From: Tubiluchus corallicola
Taxonomy: Eukaryota > Animalia > Priapulida
DNA: 34,612 nucleotides
Direction of reading: 5' to 3'
NCBI GenBank assembly: GCA_030141605.1
Contig: JAQGDQ010001563.1
Location: forward strand, 1 to 34,612
Both the position numbers and the translations under genes were made by a program. Below, piece after piece: positions 11,901-29,232 of the stretch (positions are counted from its first letter, which is position 1; each line of letters starts with the position of its first letter). Under the pieces are notes generated by a model, which saw only the letters and a program-made list of their open reading frames with translations, made no database searches and was not told where the DNA came from.

Positions 11901-14900
11901 GGCGAACGGTCAAAAGTATGTTTAGACATTGCTTTTGTGCAACAGTGCTTTATAATTGCCAACTACGACATATATCGTAGCTGTATTTGCTTCATTTATA
12001 ACACCATGCTACCATGACGCTCCAAACCTGTACTGTTTGCATTTAAACAGATGAAATGCCTATGCTTAAAGCATTTGGCATATGGGCAACATTCACTGTT
12101 GGCAGTCAGCGGGTTAAATATTGAATTCCTGAGTCTTTTGCCTCTAGTAGTGCTTTAGTTGCAACAAATATTCCTGTAATGATTAAATGTTTAATGTTTC
12201 TAAGATCATGCAAGGTTGTTTTAATCTTCAATTCCATGGTAAAGTTTTGTGCTACAAATTTCATAGCAACTCCTGAGTTTTTGGTTGTATTTAATGTTAA
12301 CCTTATATTGAAGCAGAAAAGAATCAAATATTTGCCTTTTCCGTACAATTTGGAACACTGCTAAAGACGTAAAACCTTGCTAAAGATGTAACAGACCCAT
12401 TTATTTTTGTATATAGAGACTGTACTTGAAAAACCTTGCTAAAGATGTAACAGACCCATTTATTTTGTATATAGAGACTGTACTTGAAAAACCTTGCTAA
12501 AGATGTAACAGACCCATTTATTTTGTATATAGAGACTGTACTTGAAAAACCTTGCTAAAGATGTAACAGACCCATTTATTTTGTATATAGAGACTGTACT
12601 TGAAAAACCTTGCTAAAGATGTAACAGACCCATTTATTTTTGTTTATAGACACTGTACTTGAAAAACCTTGCTAAAGATGAAACAGACCCATTTATTTCT
12701 GTTTATAGACACTGTACTTGAAAAACCTCGCTAAAGATGTAACAGACGTATTTATTTTTGTTTGTAGACACTGTACTTGAAAAACCTTGCTAAAGATATA
12801 ACAGACCCATTTATTTTTGTTTATAGACACTGTACTTGAAAAACCTCGCTAAAGATGTAACAGACCCATTTATTTTTGTTTATAGACACTGTACTTGAAA
12901 AAACTCGCTAAAGATGTAACAGACACATTTATTTTTGTTTGTAGACACTGTACTTGAAAAACCTTGCTAAAGATGTAACAGACCCATTTATTTTTGTTTA
13001 TAGACCCTATACTTGAAAAACCTTGCTGAAAAACCTTGCTAAAGATGTGACAGACCCGTTTATTTTTATTTATAGACACTGTACTTGAAAAACCTTGCTA
13101 AAGATGTGACAGACCCGTTTATTTTTGTTTATAGACACTGTACTTGAAAAACCTTGCTAAAGATGTAACAGACCCGTTTATTTTTGTTTATAGACACTGT
13201 ACTTGAAAAACCTTGCTAAAGATATAACAGACCCATTTATTTTTGTATATAGAGACTGTACTTGAAAAACCTTGCTAAAGATGTAACAGACCCACTTATT
13301 GTGTTTATAGACGCTGTACTTGAAAAACCTTGTTAAAGATGTAACAGACCCACTTATTTTTGTTTATAGACACTGTACTTGAAAAACCTTGCTAAAGATG
13401 AAACAGACTCATTTATTTTTGTATATAGACACTGTACTTGAAAAACCTTGCTAAAGATGAAACAGACCCATTTATTTTTGTTTATAGACACTGTACTTGA
13501 AAAACCTTGCTAAAGATGAAACAGACCCATTTATTTTTGTTTATAGACACTGTACTTGAAAAACCTTGCTAAAGATGAAACAGACTCATTTATTTTTGTA
13601 TATAGACACTGTACTTGAAAAACCTTGCTAAAGATGAAACAGACTCATTTATTTTTGTATATAGACACTGTACTTGAAAAACCTTGCTAAAGATGAAACA
13701 GACCCATTTATTTTTGTTTATAGACACTGTACTTGAAAAACCTTGCTAAAGATGAAACAGACCCATTTATTTTTGTTTATAGACACTGTACTTGAAAAAC
13801 CTTGCTAAAGATGTAACAGAAGCAAATCTAGTGGGAATGTTTAGCAGGTTTGAAAAGCCTGGATGTACGATCAATTATAAATTATGCTCGGGAAGAATGC
13901 GAGGTCAAGCATTTGTTTCATTTGCTGGTATGTAATATATACAATTCATACTATATTAGATAAGAATTTTTTTATATAATTAATACGTGATATTGATTTT
14001 GCATTACATTTAATTTCAGAAGCATACAGCATGAAACATGTCACCTTTAAAATTATAATTTTGGGTGAAATTGTAGACGGGCTGCTTTACATCGTAATTC
14101 AATGCTTATGCAATTTTCACTCAAAAACTTCTGTGTTATAAATTTGTTCATTACCTATTACCTACAACTATAATACTTTACGTGGCGATATTGTACATTT
14201 TAGGTGATCTCAAATATTTTACATAAACATTGATACACCAACTATGCGAAAATAGAGATAAATATAGACTTTAGAACCAGTCTTTAGTCTAGCATGCTCA
14301 GAAATGTAATGTAATTTAAACGTTCCATATTTAGTAGCATAGTTCTGGTTTCGGAGCATAGTGGCAACTCAAACCAATGTAGCTGTTGACAATAGTTGCA
14401 CCTCAGAAAAATCAGCTCAATGCATTTTATTCATAAGCAAAACCATGTCAGATTTAAGATGTCAAAAGATGTTAATTGAACTCGATATATAGTGTTCGTG
14501 AACAATAATAAAATTTGGTTTGGATAATATAAATGATAATTAATACTTGTTACAGCACTAAGGAAGGTCATGTGTGGAGATGCTACAATCAGTTATCAAT
14601 ATTTGTGACCTTGCATAGCAAAACCGTCCGTAGTGCGCTAATTTAATTATGGAGCTAGAGGTCAAAAAAGTCAGAAAACTCAATTTTTATCAATTTTTTG
14701 GATTTTGTTTTTTTTCTAATCTAAGACTATTTTGCTATCATACTGTACTGTTATTTTGCCTAAAATATTAGTTTTTATTAGAAAAATTAATAAAAAAACT
14801 AAACCCTTACCATTTCGGGTGCTTGTACTGCAGGACAAAATGACCTTACTTAGCCTGTTATAACTCTGCATGATTTCAAATGTGGTTTTTTTTATTATGA

Positions 14901-15309
14901 CCGGCATGCTGTAGGCTACCCGAGCCCTCTATCGGATTAAATTTTAATGATCGCCAATATTACTGTGATCTTGAGCTCTGCTGGGCTTTTCATATTCTTA
15001 TTGTAACTTTCTATTGTCATTTATATTTGTACTTAATTCAGTGCAGAAGTGTAAAGCTTAACATATTTCAGCTGTTCAACTTAGATTAGTACAATAGACC
15101 TTGTATAAAATGTAGAAAAATTAAATAAGTTTTGTAGACTTGAAGCTTCCTGCTATAATTTGTTATAAGTATATAACAATTGATTGTTATAAGTAAGTAA
15201 TTTTTTTCTTTCAGATGAGGAAGTTGCAAATCAAGCATTGCAATTAGTCAGTGGATTTGTATATAAGGGAAAGCCCATTATTGCACAATTTGGAACCAAA
15301 TCATGCTAA
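8923..15309 (+). CDS. RBM41: RNA-binding protein 41-like (single C-terminal RRM, paralog of U11/U12-65K). Exons 8923-9047, 9303-9492, 10052-10157, 10522-11915, 13783-13927, 15215-15309; ~684 aa
   Basis: All introns GT-AG with matching phases (2,0,1,0,1). Motifs ETEADRQLRALLSRQLD, SKPLTRHEWEL, DPINHL, NRLSTKEIRNLPRFSNYAPGE, LYLKNL (RNP2), GRMRGQAFVSF (RNP1) and ALQLVSGFVYKGKPIIAQFG closely resemble RBM41 as I recall it. Confidence 0.9.
10178..10281. repeat. 53-bp tandem duplication in RBM41 intron 3
   Basis: tattgatgaaatattccaattt..gtggcaaaattactaa at 10178 and 10231. Confidence 0.85.
11116..11752 (+). repeat. Coding tandem repeat, 159 bp (53 aa) x4, in RBM41 exon 4
   Basis: tctag anchor at 11121, 11280, 11439 and 11598; unit KSRLxSDLQ..SSCDKNEQ. 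Confidence 0.95.
12355..13820 (+). repeat. 58-59-bp minisatellite built from the RBM41 intron 4/exon 5 junction (24 acceptor copies)
   Basis: Unit cccatttatttttgtttatag|acactgtacttgaaaaaccttgctaaagatgtaacaga; the last unit continues into the real exon. Confidence 0.95.
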
Positions 15310-15890
15310 ATTGTATTTTGAAATGTACTATCAAACCTCTCTATAACCCACCTTTTATAATGCCGACTTTGTTTAAAGCCCAAATTTTTGGCACTATTTG
15401 CGTAGACATGTATGTATTAATGCAACTCATTATAGTGTATAGTGTTAAACTCGCTTAACGGCAACTTTTTTGTTGTTGCAAAACACGTTGTATAAAGAGG
15501 TAGGGCTGCGTAATTTGTATAAAGTGCAGACGAAATTGAGAATAGCCTGCATGCAAAACTGTACAGGCACCCTGCCTAATTTGATCACTCATATCTCGAC
15601 TGATTCTTATTCTCTTACTAGAGTAATAAAACATTTTGTAAGTATCATTGTGTTAAAACTACTCGCCAGTCGCTTGCATGTTAATACGTATTGTGACTTT
15701 TGTATGCCTATCTAATTATGTCATATGGTTTAGCTTTGGCTAATATATTAGGTCTATATGTCAGATTATAAAAGAACCATTAATTAGTGTCTATGTTTTG
15801 TAGCACGAAGAGAACATTTAATAATAATACACTACTTTTTTATAACTAAGAAATTGCTAAAATAATTTATTTTGAATTAGCTTATGTTAT

Positions 15891-16244
15891 TGTCGTGTTT
15901 TCTTTCTCTCGGAAGGCTCCTTCTCTAACCCAGAAAACATTTCATCAAATTAAACTAATTTATTAAGCGAGAATTCTACAACACAAAAGTATGAAGGAAC
16001 ACGAAATGCTTACACTAAACGTGAAAATCTGTATTTGAAAATGTAAGTATACAAGAGAATGTGTAAGTATATGTCCTGCGAATCCATGTGCCCCTCTCAG
16101 CAGCCTGCTTCGTCTTATATAGCACGCCCAAGAACCTTCCAGAAGTTTTGTTCCAGAACATTCTACACGGTAAGACGATCAATCCAACGGAACATTCTAC
16201 AATGTTCTATTTAATGCTAATAGATGCCAGCGATCTCCACAACA
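15891..16244 (-). mobile_element. Solo LTR with heat-shock elements
   Basis: TG..CA ends (tgtcgtg / cacaaca); near-TSD gttat/tttat. Order on the minus strand: nGAAn arrays (16131-16209), TATATAA (16115-16121), AATAAA (15959-15964). Confidence 0.6.
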
Positions 16245-16613
16245 TTTATACACATGCATAAAAGCAATCACGCTAAGACAGGTACCCTGCTCTTTTCGAA
16301 GTTATTTCACTTCAATGACTGACTTTTTGGATGACAAAAAAGTCTCTTCCTTATTCTGCAAAGTGCTGTGTTGTGTTTGTTGTAGTGTGATGCACCTAAT
16401 TAGTGTATAGGTAGGCGCATTAGGGAAGTGGGATTTCACAGACTATGTGGCATAGTATGAAAAGTACCGGTAATTTGGTATATTTTACAGGTAATAGACA
16501 TGTTTTTACCTGATGTTATTACCTGTTATATCTCATCTTACTTATACAAATTACTCCAATTCAATTCAGTTTTACTTGCACAAATACATACAATGTACAT
16601 TGACAAAGCAATA

Positions 16614-17463
16614 CAGTCTAGCCTCGTTATCTCGCCACTGTCCGTCTAGGGCAAATTTTTGGCGAGAAGCGAGTATGGCGAGATAACGGGAATAAAACGA
16701 AGTTAGTCTATATGTATATACATAATAGTTGATTAACATAGTGTTCCTCTATGTACATATAAAATATATTTCGCATTATGATACCAATCAACATTAAATC
16801 AGAAATGAAAAAATGTCATAAAAATAATCCTAGAATGTTACTTTTTTATTTAAAAAACCTTTTTCAAGTATACACTTAAATGCAATAAGCTTAGCAAAAG
16901 ATTTAGAAATGTTCACAAATGAGTTACTGACGACTGAAATAATTCAGAAGAGACGACTGTTTCATTGATGATACACGCAAGCAGTCAACACAACGTTTAC
17001 AGACAAAACAGTTTTCGCTTCTGAGACATCATGAATAGTTGCTCACACTTTGTGGAAACTCAAACTTAAATGCAGCTTTGGTGTTATAGAGTAAGGATAT
17101 CGGTGACGCTTTAGTTTCTCTGCGCATTAACCAACCACAGCACTCCTAATCTAATCCTGGTGAGACACACACTAGATTAATTATGTCTGTCTATCGAGTA
17201 CAGCAGCATTATCTACATGCCGCGGTTATATTGATCGACACGCGGTATATGTATTGATCGATTCACCTCTGAGTTTGTCTGTTTGGCGAAATAAAGAATA
17301 TAGTTTACATAAGCACTCATCCTAACGTGACGTGGTGAGGGCGAGAAGCGAGAGTGGCGACTTAACGAGGTAAATATCAAAGTAGGAAATCCGTCCTGGT
17401 ACTTTTTATGGTGAGAGACGAGTTTGGCGGCATAACGAGGGGCGAGATAACGAGGCTAGACTG
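16614..17463. mobile_element. Non-autonomous Tc1/mariner-pogo (Tigger-like) MITE, 850 bp
   Basis: Perfect 23-bp TIR CAGTCTAGCCTCGTTATCTCGCC, TA on both sides, subterminal ggcgaga(ag/ta) repeats, no ORF. Confidence 0.9.
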
Positions 17464-18139
17464 TATATTGCACTTTAAATACTACATAAATCAAAACAAA
17501 TTTACAATAGGTTTATGCAAAGTTATTTTTATAGACAAATATTAAGATATGGTGTACTGATACAAAAATCACAGACACATGAAAATTTTAAAATTTAGCA
17601 ATGAAAAAAGATTAATAACTTAAAAGTAGTAAGTGTCTGTACGAACTTTTTAAATGAAATATTCTAAAAAGTAATGAGAGTTGAAAATAATTGTGGTTAG
17701 AGAGATACAATACGTCAACATTTCATGGTGTCAGGCAAGTTGGACAAAAACTCTATATAAGTACAGCTTTGAAAGACTGTATTTTCAATAGATTTTCTTT
17801 CAGATTCGTACTTTTTTTATGTCCTCTTAATATTGTGCAGGATTGTTATGGCAAAATTGTTACATTTTGCATAACAATTTTAATAATTTCTTTAAGCAGT
17901 TTTGAACCAGCATTCAAAGACCAAGAGCTGATGTAAATGGTTGTGGCATGGCTGGAAACTAGTCTGCTATTATGGATCATTTTCTTAAATAACATTTGTA
18001 ATTAAAATCTATAATTTGTAAATTTTATAGTTTGAATATTATAGAAATAAGCCGTGTTACAAACCTAGGTATATATGGTTTTAGCGCTCCATATAAGGTC
18101 AGATGTTTAGTCAATTTTATTCAATGCCTTTTACATTTT

Positions 18140-18280
18140 TGCTGACCTCATAGTGAGCTTGTCTATTTAGATTCTGTGTGTCACCTGGTAGTGAATGCTA
18201 GCCAACACTTCCAATAGTCCATCTTACCAGGATTTGTATCAAACCTGTCTGGCGTAACGCTCTACCTCCTTGCGCACCAA
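18140..18280 (-). mobile_element. Possible degenerate tRNA-derived SINE
   Basis: Minus strand tggtgcgcaaggaggtagagcg (A-box-like) followed by ..acaaatcctgg (B-box-like). Confidence 0.3.
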
Positions 18281-20504
18281 CAGTGCATTGTAATTTGACC
18301 GATTATTTGACAAGGTAAAAGTGCGAACTAGCGAAATGCATGTGTCCGGGGGGAGTTTAAACAAAGCTACTTGAATCAAATGGTCGTGGCTTGCTATAAC
18401 TTTCGGGTTTTCGAAGTTAGTTCTCAGTGCTAGTTGCTAAGCAAGCAAGTCGAAGAAACTAGGAAAAAGTGACCGACGTTTTTAAGTTTTTTCTTTTAAT
18501 ATTGTGGATTGCTTGTTCTTTTTTTACTGTTACAGTAATTGACTATGCCCATGGATGCGTTGTGAGAAATATTACCTATCGTCTGTATTTAAAATTTTGT
18601 AGACAGTACTAGTAGGTTAGTATTACTACTACTACTAGTACTACTAAAAATTACTATTACTAGAGTAGAGAATAGGTGCAAGGCATGAAAGAAGGCGGTG
18701 CTATTAATAGACCGGAGGACAGGGCATCGTGGCCTTGATAGCGTTAGCTCAGTGGTGCTGACGTTACGTCTCTGTGTACCGCGGCATTGTACATACTGTT
18801 TCACCGTGTAAAACGGCGCTGCATATATATTGGCATGTACCGGGCACTACCTTGCTCCATACCGTTGCGCCAATTGCCACCTTACTGTGTACCGTTTTCT
18901 GTTGTGCCATCTTGTGGTACATGGCAAAACGCTACCTGACGCCAGAGAACATGGTGGTGCAGTACACACGCAATAGCGATGGGTACAACCGCAGAAATTG
19001 AACTTACCTATCAAGTTGAGGTTGGCCAGTATTGAAACAAGGACCCGGTATGTGGGGGGTGTAGAGTCCATTATCGCATAGTGTTGAAGATACGAAATCA
19101 AGGCGTTTTATGAGGTGCTGCAGCAGCTGCACTACGTATTCTATGAAATTTGTGAATGTTGCACTTTTGCAATAACGTAATTAATGCTATAATAATTATG
19201 TATTGGTGCATTTTGCTCTTTTTTATTGTCTCGCTGCTCACATTGGGACAATGGGATTGAACCCCCTTGACAAGAGAAATGATTCGAGATACATATTACC
19301 ATTTATTTGCTACACATACCTTTATCTCAGCAAAGTAGAAAGGCTGCAACCTATATTGAATAAGAACGTCTGACAAGATCTACCACATGCTCTTTTAATA
19401 ATTGTCAGCAAACTGAATTTCACGACATTGCAACTTGCAACTAGTAAACCAAAACTGTAAACTTTTGTTGGGCCGATGGTCGTGTCGACAGTGCGCATGC
19501 GCAGTGAAAACTGCTGGCATGTTTCCCCAGCAAATACAAAAATCCAGTGCATCGCTAGTAGCTCAATCCATGTGACGCATTCATTAGTATGGTGATTTTA
19601 CATCTCAGTGTAACTCCTGTAGGTACGGCAGGTAAATTAATATGTCACTTTAGGATGTTGCCTGCTCTGCCCACGAGTATTTTCTGGGTTAACTGTCTGG
19701 AGGGCAGATTTCCTTTATTTTAGAATCCTGCCTGCCTAATGTCTATACACTCGTATTTCAGTTTGCTGGACAAAAGCGGAGAGACGTCGGTGTGAATTTG
19801 CCGATTGTCCGTATTTACCGATGCTAAGCTAATACAATAGGCACCGTGTATGAGACTCATGGTAATGTAATATCAATCACTTAATTGTCTCAAGAACGTC
19901 TAGTACGGGCCACTTCGATGCAAAAGTATACAAAAACTGTCGGCAATTGCCTCGTATAACTCCGTATCATTGATTCTATATTTTTATATATAGAGATACA
20001 CACGTGGGGTGACATTGATGTAGTCGAAGTGACGGCCCGTCAATCAGCTCACAAAACAACGGACTTTTCAACGGTTCAGATTTTTCGGTAAAAGTGAGGT
20101 TCAGCAAACCGAGATACGAGTGTATATTGCAATAGACGTAATGGGAATATAATGATAGTAGTATAATGATAGGCTTAATCATAGTCGATAATATTCCAGA
20201 TCTGTAACTGCAGTGGGTAGGTCAGTGTTGCATACATACGGTGCATGTACCATGGAATGAAATAGTCGTAGAGAGATAGATAGGGAGACAGGTGGAGTTA
20301 TTGCTTTCATCGAATCTATGTACTTCTCTGCGTACCTCCTTGTGAACAATCTAAGTTTACATTTAACTTGAGTGTGCAACTGCATGCCGAAGTCTGCAAG
20401 GCTGAAGTTAGTCAGTTAGTCAGTAACACTAAGTAGGGATTTCCCTTTGAAAAATTATGCAAATATCAAAGTGACTTTCGGTAAGTGGGATCAACTTATT
20501 ACTC

Positions 20505-21078
20505 TTTAAATAAACACAGTTTTTATAAGAACTGTAACTTTACTACAGTTTCTAAAATAAGTTTAAATAAGCACAGTTTTTATAAGAACTGTAGCTTTAC
20601 TACGCTTTCTAAAATAAGTTTAAATAAGCACAGTTTTTATAAGAAATGTAGCTTTACTACGGTTTCTATAATAAGTTTAAAAAAACGCAGTTTTATAAGA
20701 ACTGTAGCTTTACTACGCAACTAAAATAAGTTTAAATAAACACAGTTTTTATAAGAACTGTAACTTTACTACGCAGCTAAAATAAGTTTAAATAAACACA
20801 GTTTTTATAAGACCTGTAACTTTACTATGCAACTAAAGTAAGTTTAAATAAACACAGTTTTTATAAGAACTGTAACTTTACTACGCAACTAAAATAAGTT
20901 TAAATAAACACAGTTTTTATAGGAACTGTAACTTTACTACGCAACTAAAATAAGTTTAAATAAACAGTTTTTATAAGAACTGTAACTTTACTATGCAACT
21001 AAAATAAGTTTAAATAAACACAGTTTTTATAAGAACTGTAGCTTTACTACAGTTTCTAAAATAAGTTTAAATAAGCAC
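20505..21078. repeat. 56-57-bp AT-rich minisatellite, ~10 copies
   Basis: Unit aaataagtttaaataaacacagtttttataagaactgtaactttactacgcaacta. Confidence 0.9.
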
Positions 21079-21334
21079 TAAGTATTGCGTTTCCCATCAT
21101 TTAATTGCCAATTACACACGTCAACAGAATTCAAATTTAAATTGAAAACGATGCCAAAATTAATTTTATTTAATCCTAGCTATTTAAGGGTGGCTGACTA
21201 GATAACCTACGAGTTATTCGCTGCCCTTCTCCTTTGTTATATAATATTGCATGTATTCCTAATACTGTAGTTTGTTAATCTTTGAGGAGTTAAGAAATGA
21301 ATTGAACTGAATTGAAATTGAATAAGTAATTCAC

Positions 21335-21500
21335 TTAGTTATTAGTGTATTTAGAGAGAAGTAATGTGGTAACTTTTTTACTCAAACTGCGCATGGATTT
21401 GCATTTTTTAATACCGGCATCTAATGAGTTCCAGATTTTGATGCCATGAAATTTGATTGTGTTTATTCCGTGAGTAAATTTACATGTGTAGTCTGCTCTG
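21335..21500 (-). mobile_element. 3' fragment of a CR1/L2-group LINE ORF2
   Basis: IKFHGIKIWNSLDAGIKKCKSMRSLSKKVTTLLLSKY-like C-terminus with the WNSL motif typical of this group. Confidence 0.55.
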
Positions 21501-21544
21501 CTGCCGTGACTCGCGCCAGAGGTCATAAGTGGAATTTAGCCGAG

Positions 21545-21750
21545 TGTCAGTATAGACTGGGAGTTGGAAAATACCTTTCTTGAATGCAGTTGTATGTTCC
21601 TGGAACTCATTGTCTGAGGAAGTGATAGATGAATTTATAGCATAATACTAGTAAGAATAATCTTTATTAAAGGTCGGCTGTTTGGATCTACAATTAACGT
21701 AAGCTCAAAGAGCTTTTGGGCCGACTATAAATAACTATCTACAACTACAT
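21545..21750 (+). mobile_element. 3' fragment of a CR1-like LINE
   Basis: Frameshifted YRLGVGKY..NAVVCSWNSLSEEVI, followed by the hairpin gtcggc..agctc/gagct..gccgac and a short-repeat tail. Confidence 0.45.
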
Positions 21751-21805
21751 AACGGAGACTATTATTATTATTATCCTAGCCCACTAAATGTTTTGACAGG
21801 ATCTG

Positions 21806-27025
<5,220 letters not shown>

Positions 27026-27612
27026 TGTATTAACGTGCATAATCTTTATGCAGTTTATTCTGTGATAACTTAGTAAATGTGCAACAACTGACACTTGAGC
27101 ATGAGCTACTCAAATGTGATCATTCTGCAACCATAAATCCCACTGATGGCGTCGTACCGAATAACAAGAACTTCGATGTTACAGAAAGTTAACGAGTCTA
27201 GTGTCTAATCAAGAATTTATGTACTCGTGCATTAAGCAGACGTAGTAACTAGTGCAGTTAAAGTTTGTCCTTTACATGGTGCTGTTTAAAAGATGATTTT
27301 TTATCTTATTAGGTCTCCTGACTTTAGTCAGGGCCTATTGCTGTCCTGCGGCATATGTCGAGTGTCGTCCACAATTGACTTAATTTCCCGTAAATAGCCA
27401 AAACCTTATTTCTCAGGTCGTTGACATTCGGCGTGCAGCAACCTTGGCCTAAGATGCATGTCATGTGTCAAAATGAATGATCTAGGGTTGAAAGGTTTCT
27501 GAAGTCGCAGTGAAGGCACTATCGGAGTTTTTCTGACTATAATGCATTTGTATACTGGTAGCATGTCATGGCAGCGTGATAACACATGACCCCCAATAAG
27601 CCATTGTGCCTT

Positions 27613-29232
27613 TGTGCTTGAGCAATCATTCTACCACGTGTCATACAAGTTTGTTATGGTTATTGGTGGTTGAGCAATCATTCTACCACATCTCATACAA
27701 GCTTGTTGTGGTAATTGGTGGTTGAGCAATCATTCTGTCACGTGTCATACAAGTTTGTTGTGGTTATTGGTGCTTGAGCAATCATTCTGTCACGTGTCAT
27801 ACAAGCTTGTTGTGGTTATTGGTGCTTGAGCAATCATTCTACCACATGTCATACAAGTTTGTCGTGGTTATTGGTGCTTGAGCAATCATTCTAGCACGTG
27901 TCATACAAGTTTGTTGTGGTTATTGGTGGTTGAGCAATTATTCTGTCACGTGTCATACAAGCTTGTTGTGGTTATTGGTGCTTGAGCAATCATTCTAGCA
28001 CGTGTCATACAAGCTTGTTGTGGTTATTGGTGGTTGAGCAATCATTCTACCACGTGTCATACAAGTTTGTTGTGGTTATTGGTGCTTGAGCAATCATTCT
28101 GTCACGTGTCATACAAGTTTGTTGTGGTTATTGGTGCTTGAGCAATCATTCTAGCACGTGTCATACAAGCTTGTTGTGGTTATTGGTGGTTGAGCAATCA
28201 TTCTACCACGTGTCATACAAGTTTGTCGTGGTTATTTGTGCTTGAGCAATCATTCTGTCACGTGTCATACAAGTTTGTCGTGGTTATTGGTGCTTGAGCA
28301 ATCATTCTGTCACGTGTCATACAAGCTTGTTGTGGTTATTGGTGCTTGAGCAATCATTCTACCACGTCATACAAGTTTGTCGTGGTTATTGGTGCTTGAG
28401 CAATCATTCTGTCACGTGTCATACAAGTTTGTTGTGGTTATTGGTGCTTGAGCAATCATTCTACCACGTGTCATACAAGTTTGTTATGGTTATTGGTGCT
28501 TGAGCAATCATTCTACCACGTGTCTTACAAGTTTGTTGTGGTTATTGGTGCTTGAGCAATCATTCTACCACGTGTCATACAAGCTTGTTGTGATTATTGG
28601 TGCTTGAGCAATCATTCTACCACGTGTCATACAAGTTTGTTGTGGTTATTGGTGCTTGAGCAATCATTCTACCACGTGTCATACAAGTTTGTTGTGGTTA
28701 TTGGTGCTTGAGCAATCATTCTACCACATGTCATACAAGTTTGTTATGGTTATTGGTGCTTGAGCAATCATTCTACCACGTGTCATGCAAGTTTGTCGTG
28801 GTTATTGGTGCTTGAGCAATCATTCTACCACGTGTCATACAAGTTTGTCGTGGTTATTGGTGCTTGGGCAATCATTCTACCACGTGTCATACAAGTTTGT
28901 CGTGGTTATTGGTGCTTGACCAATCATTCTACCACATGTCATACAAGTTTGTCGTGGTTATTGGTGCTTGGGCAATCATTCTACCACATGTCATACAAGT
29001 TTGTCGTGGTTATTGGTGCTTGGGCAATCATTCTACCACATGTCATACAAGTTTGTCGTGGTTATTGGTGCTTGGGCAATCATTATACCACATGTCATAC
29101 AAGTTTGTCGTGGTTATTGGTGCTTGGGCAATCATTCTACCACATGTCATACAAGCTCGTTGTGGTTATTGGTGCTTGACCAATCATCCTACCAGCTTGT
29201 TGTGGTTATTGGTGCTTGAGCAATCATTCTAT
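27613..29232. repeat. 52-bp minisatellite, ~31 copies
   Basis: Unit ttgagcaatcattctaccacgtgtcatacaagtttgttgtggttattggtgc; explains the repetitive ORFs at 28294-29241. Confidence 0.95.

Noticed and set aside
12355-13820. CRISPR-like appearance of this and the other arrays
   Set aside because: Units are contiguous with no unique spacers, the context is eukaryotic and there are no cas genes.
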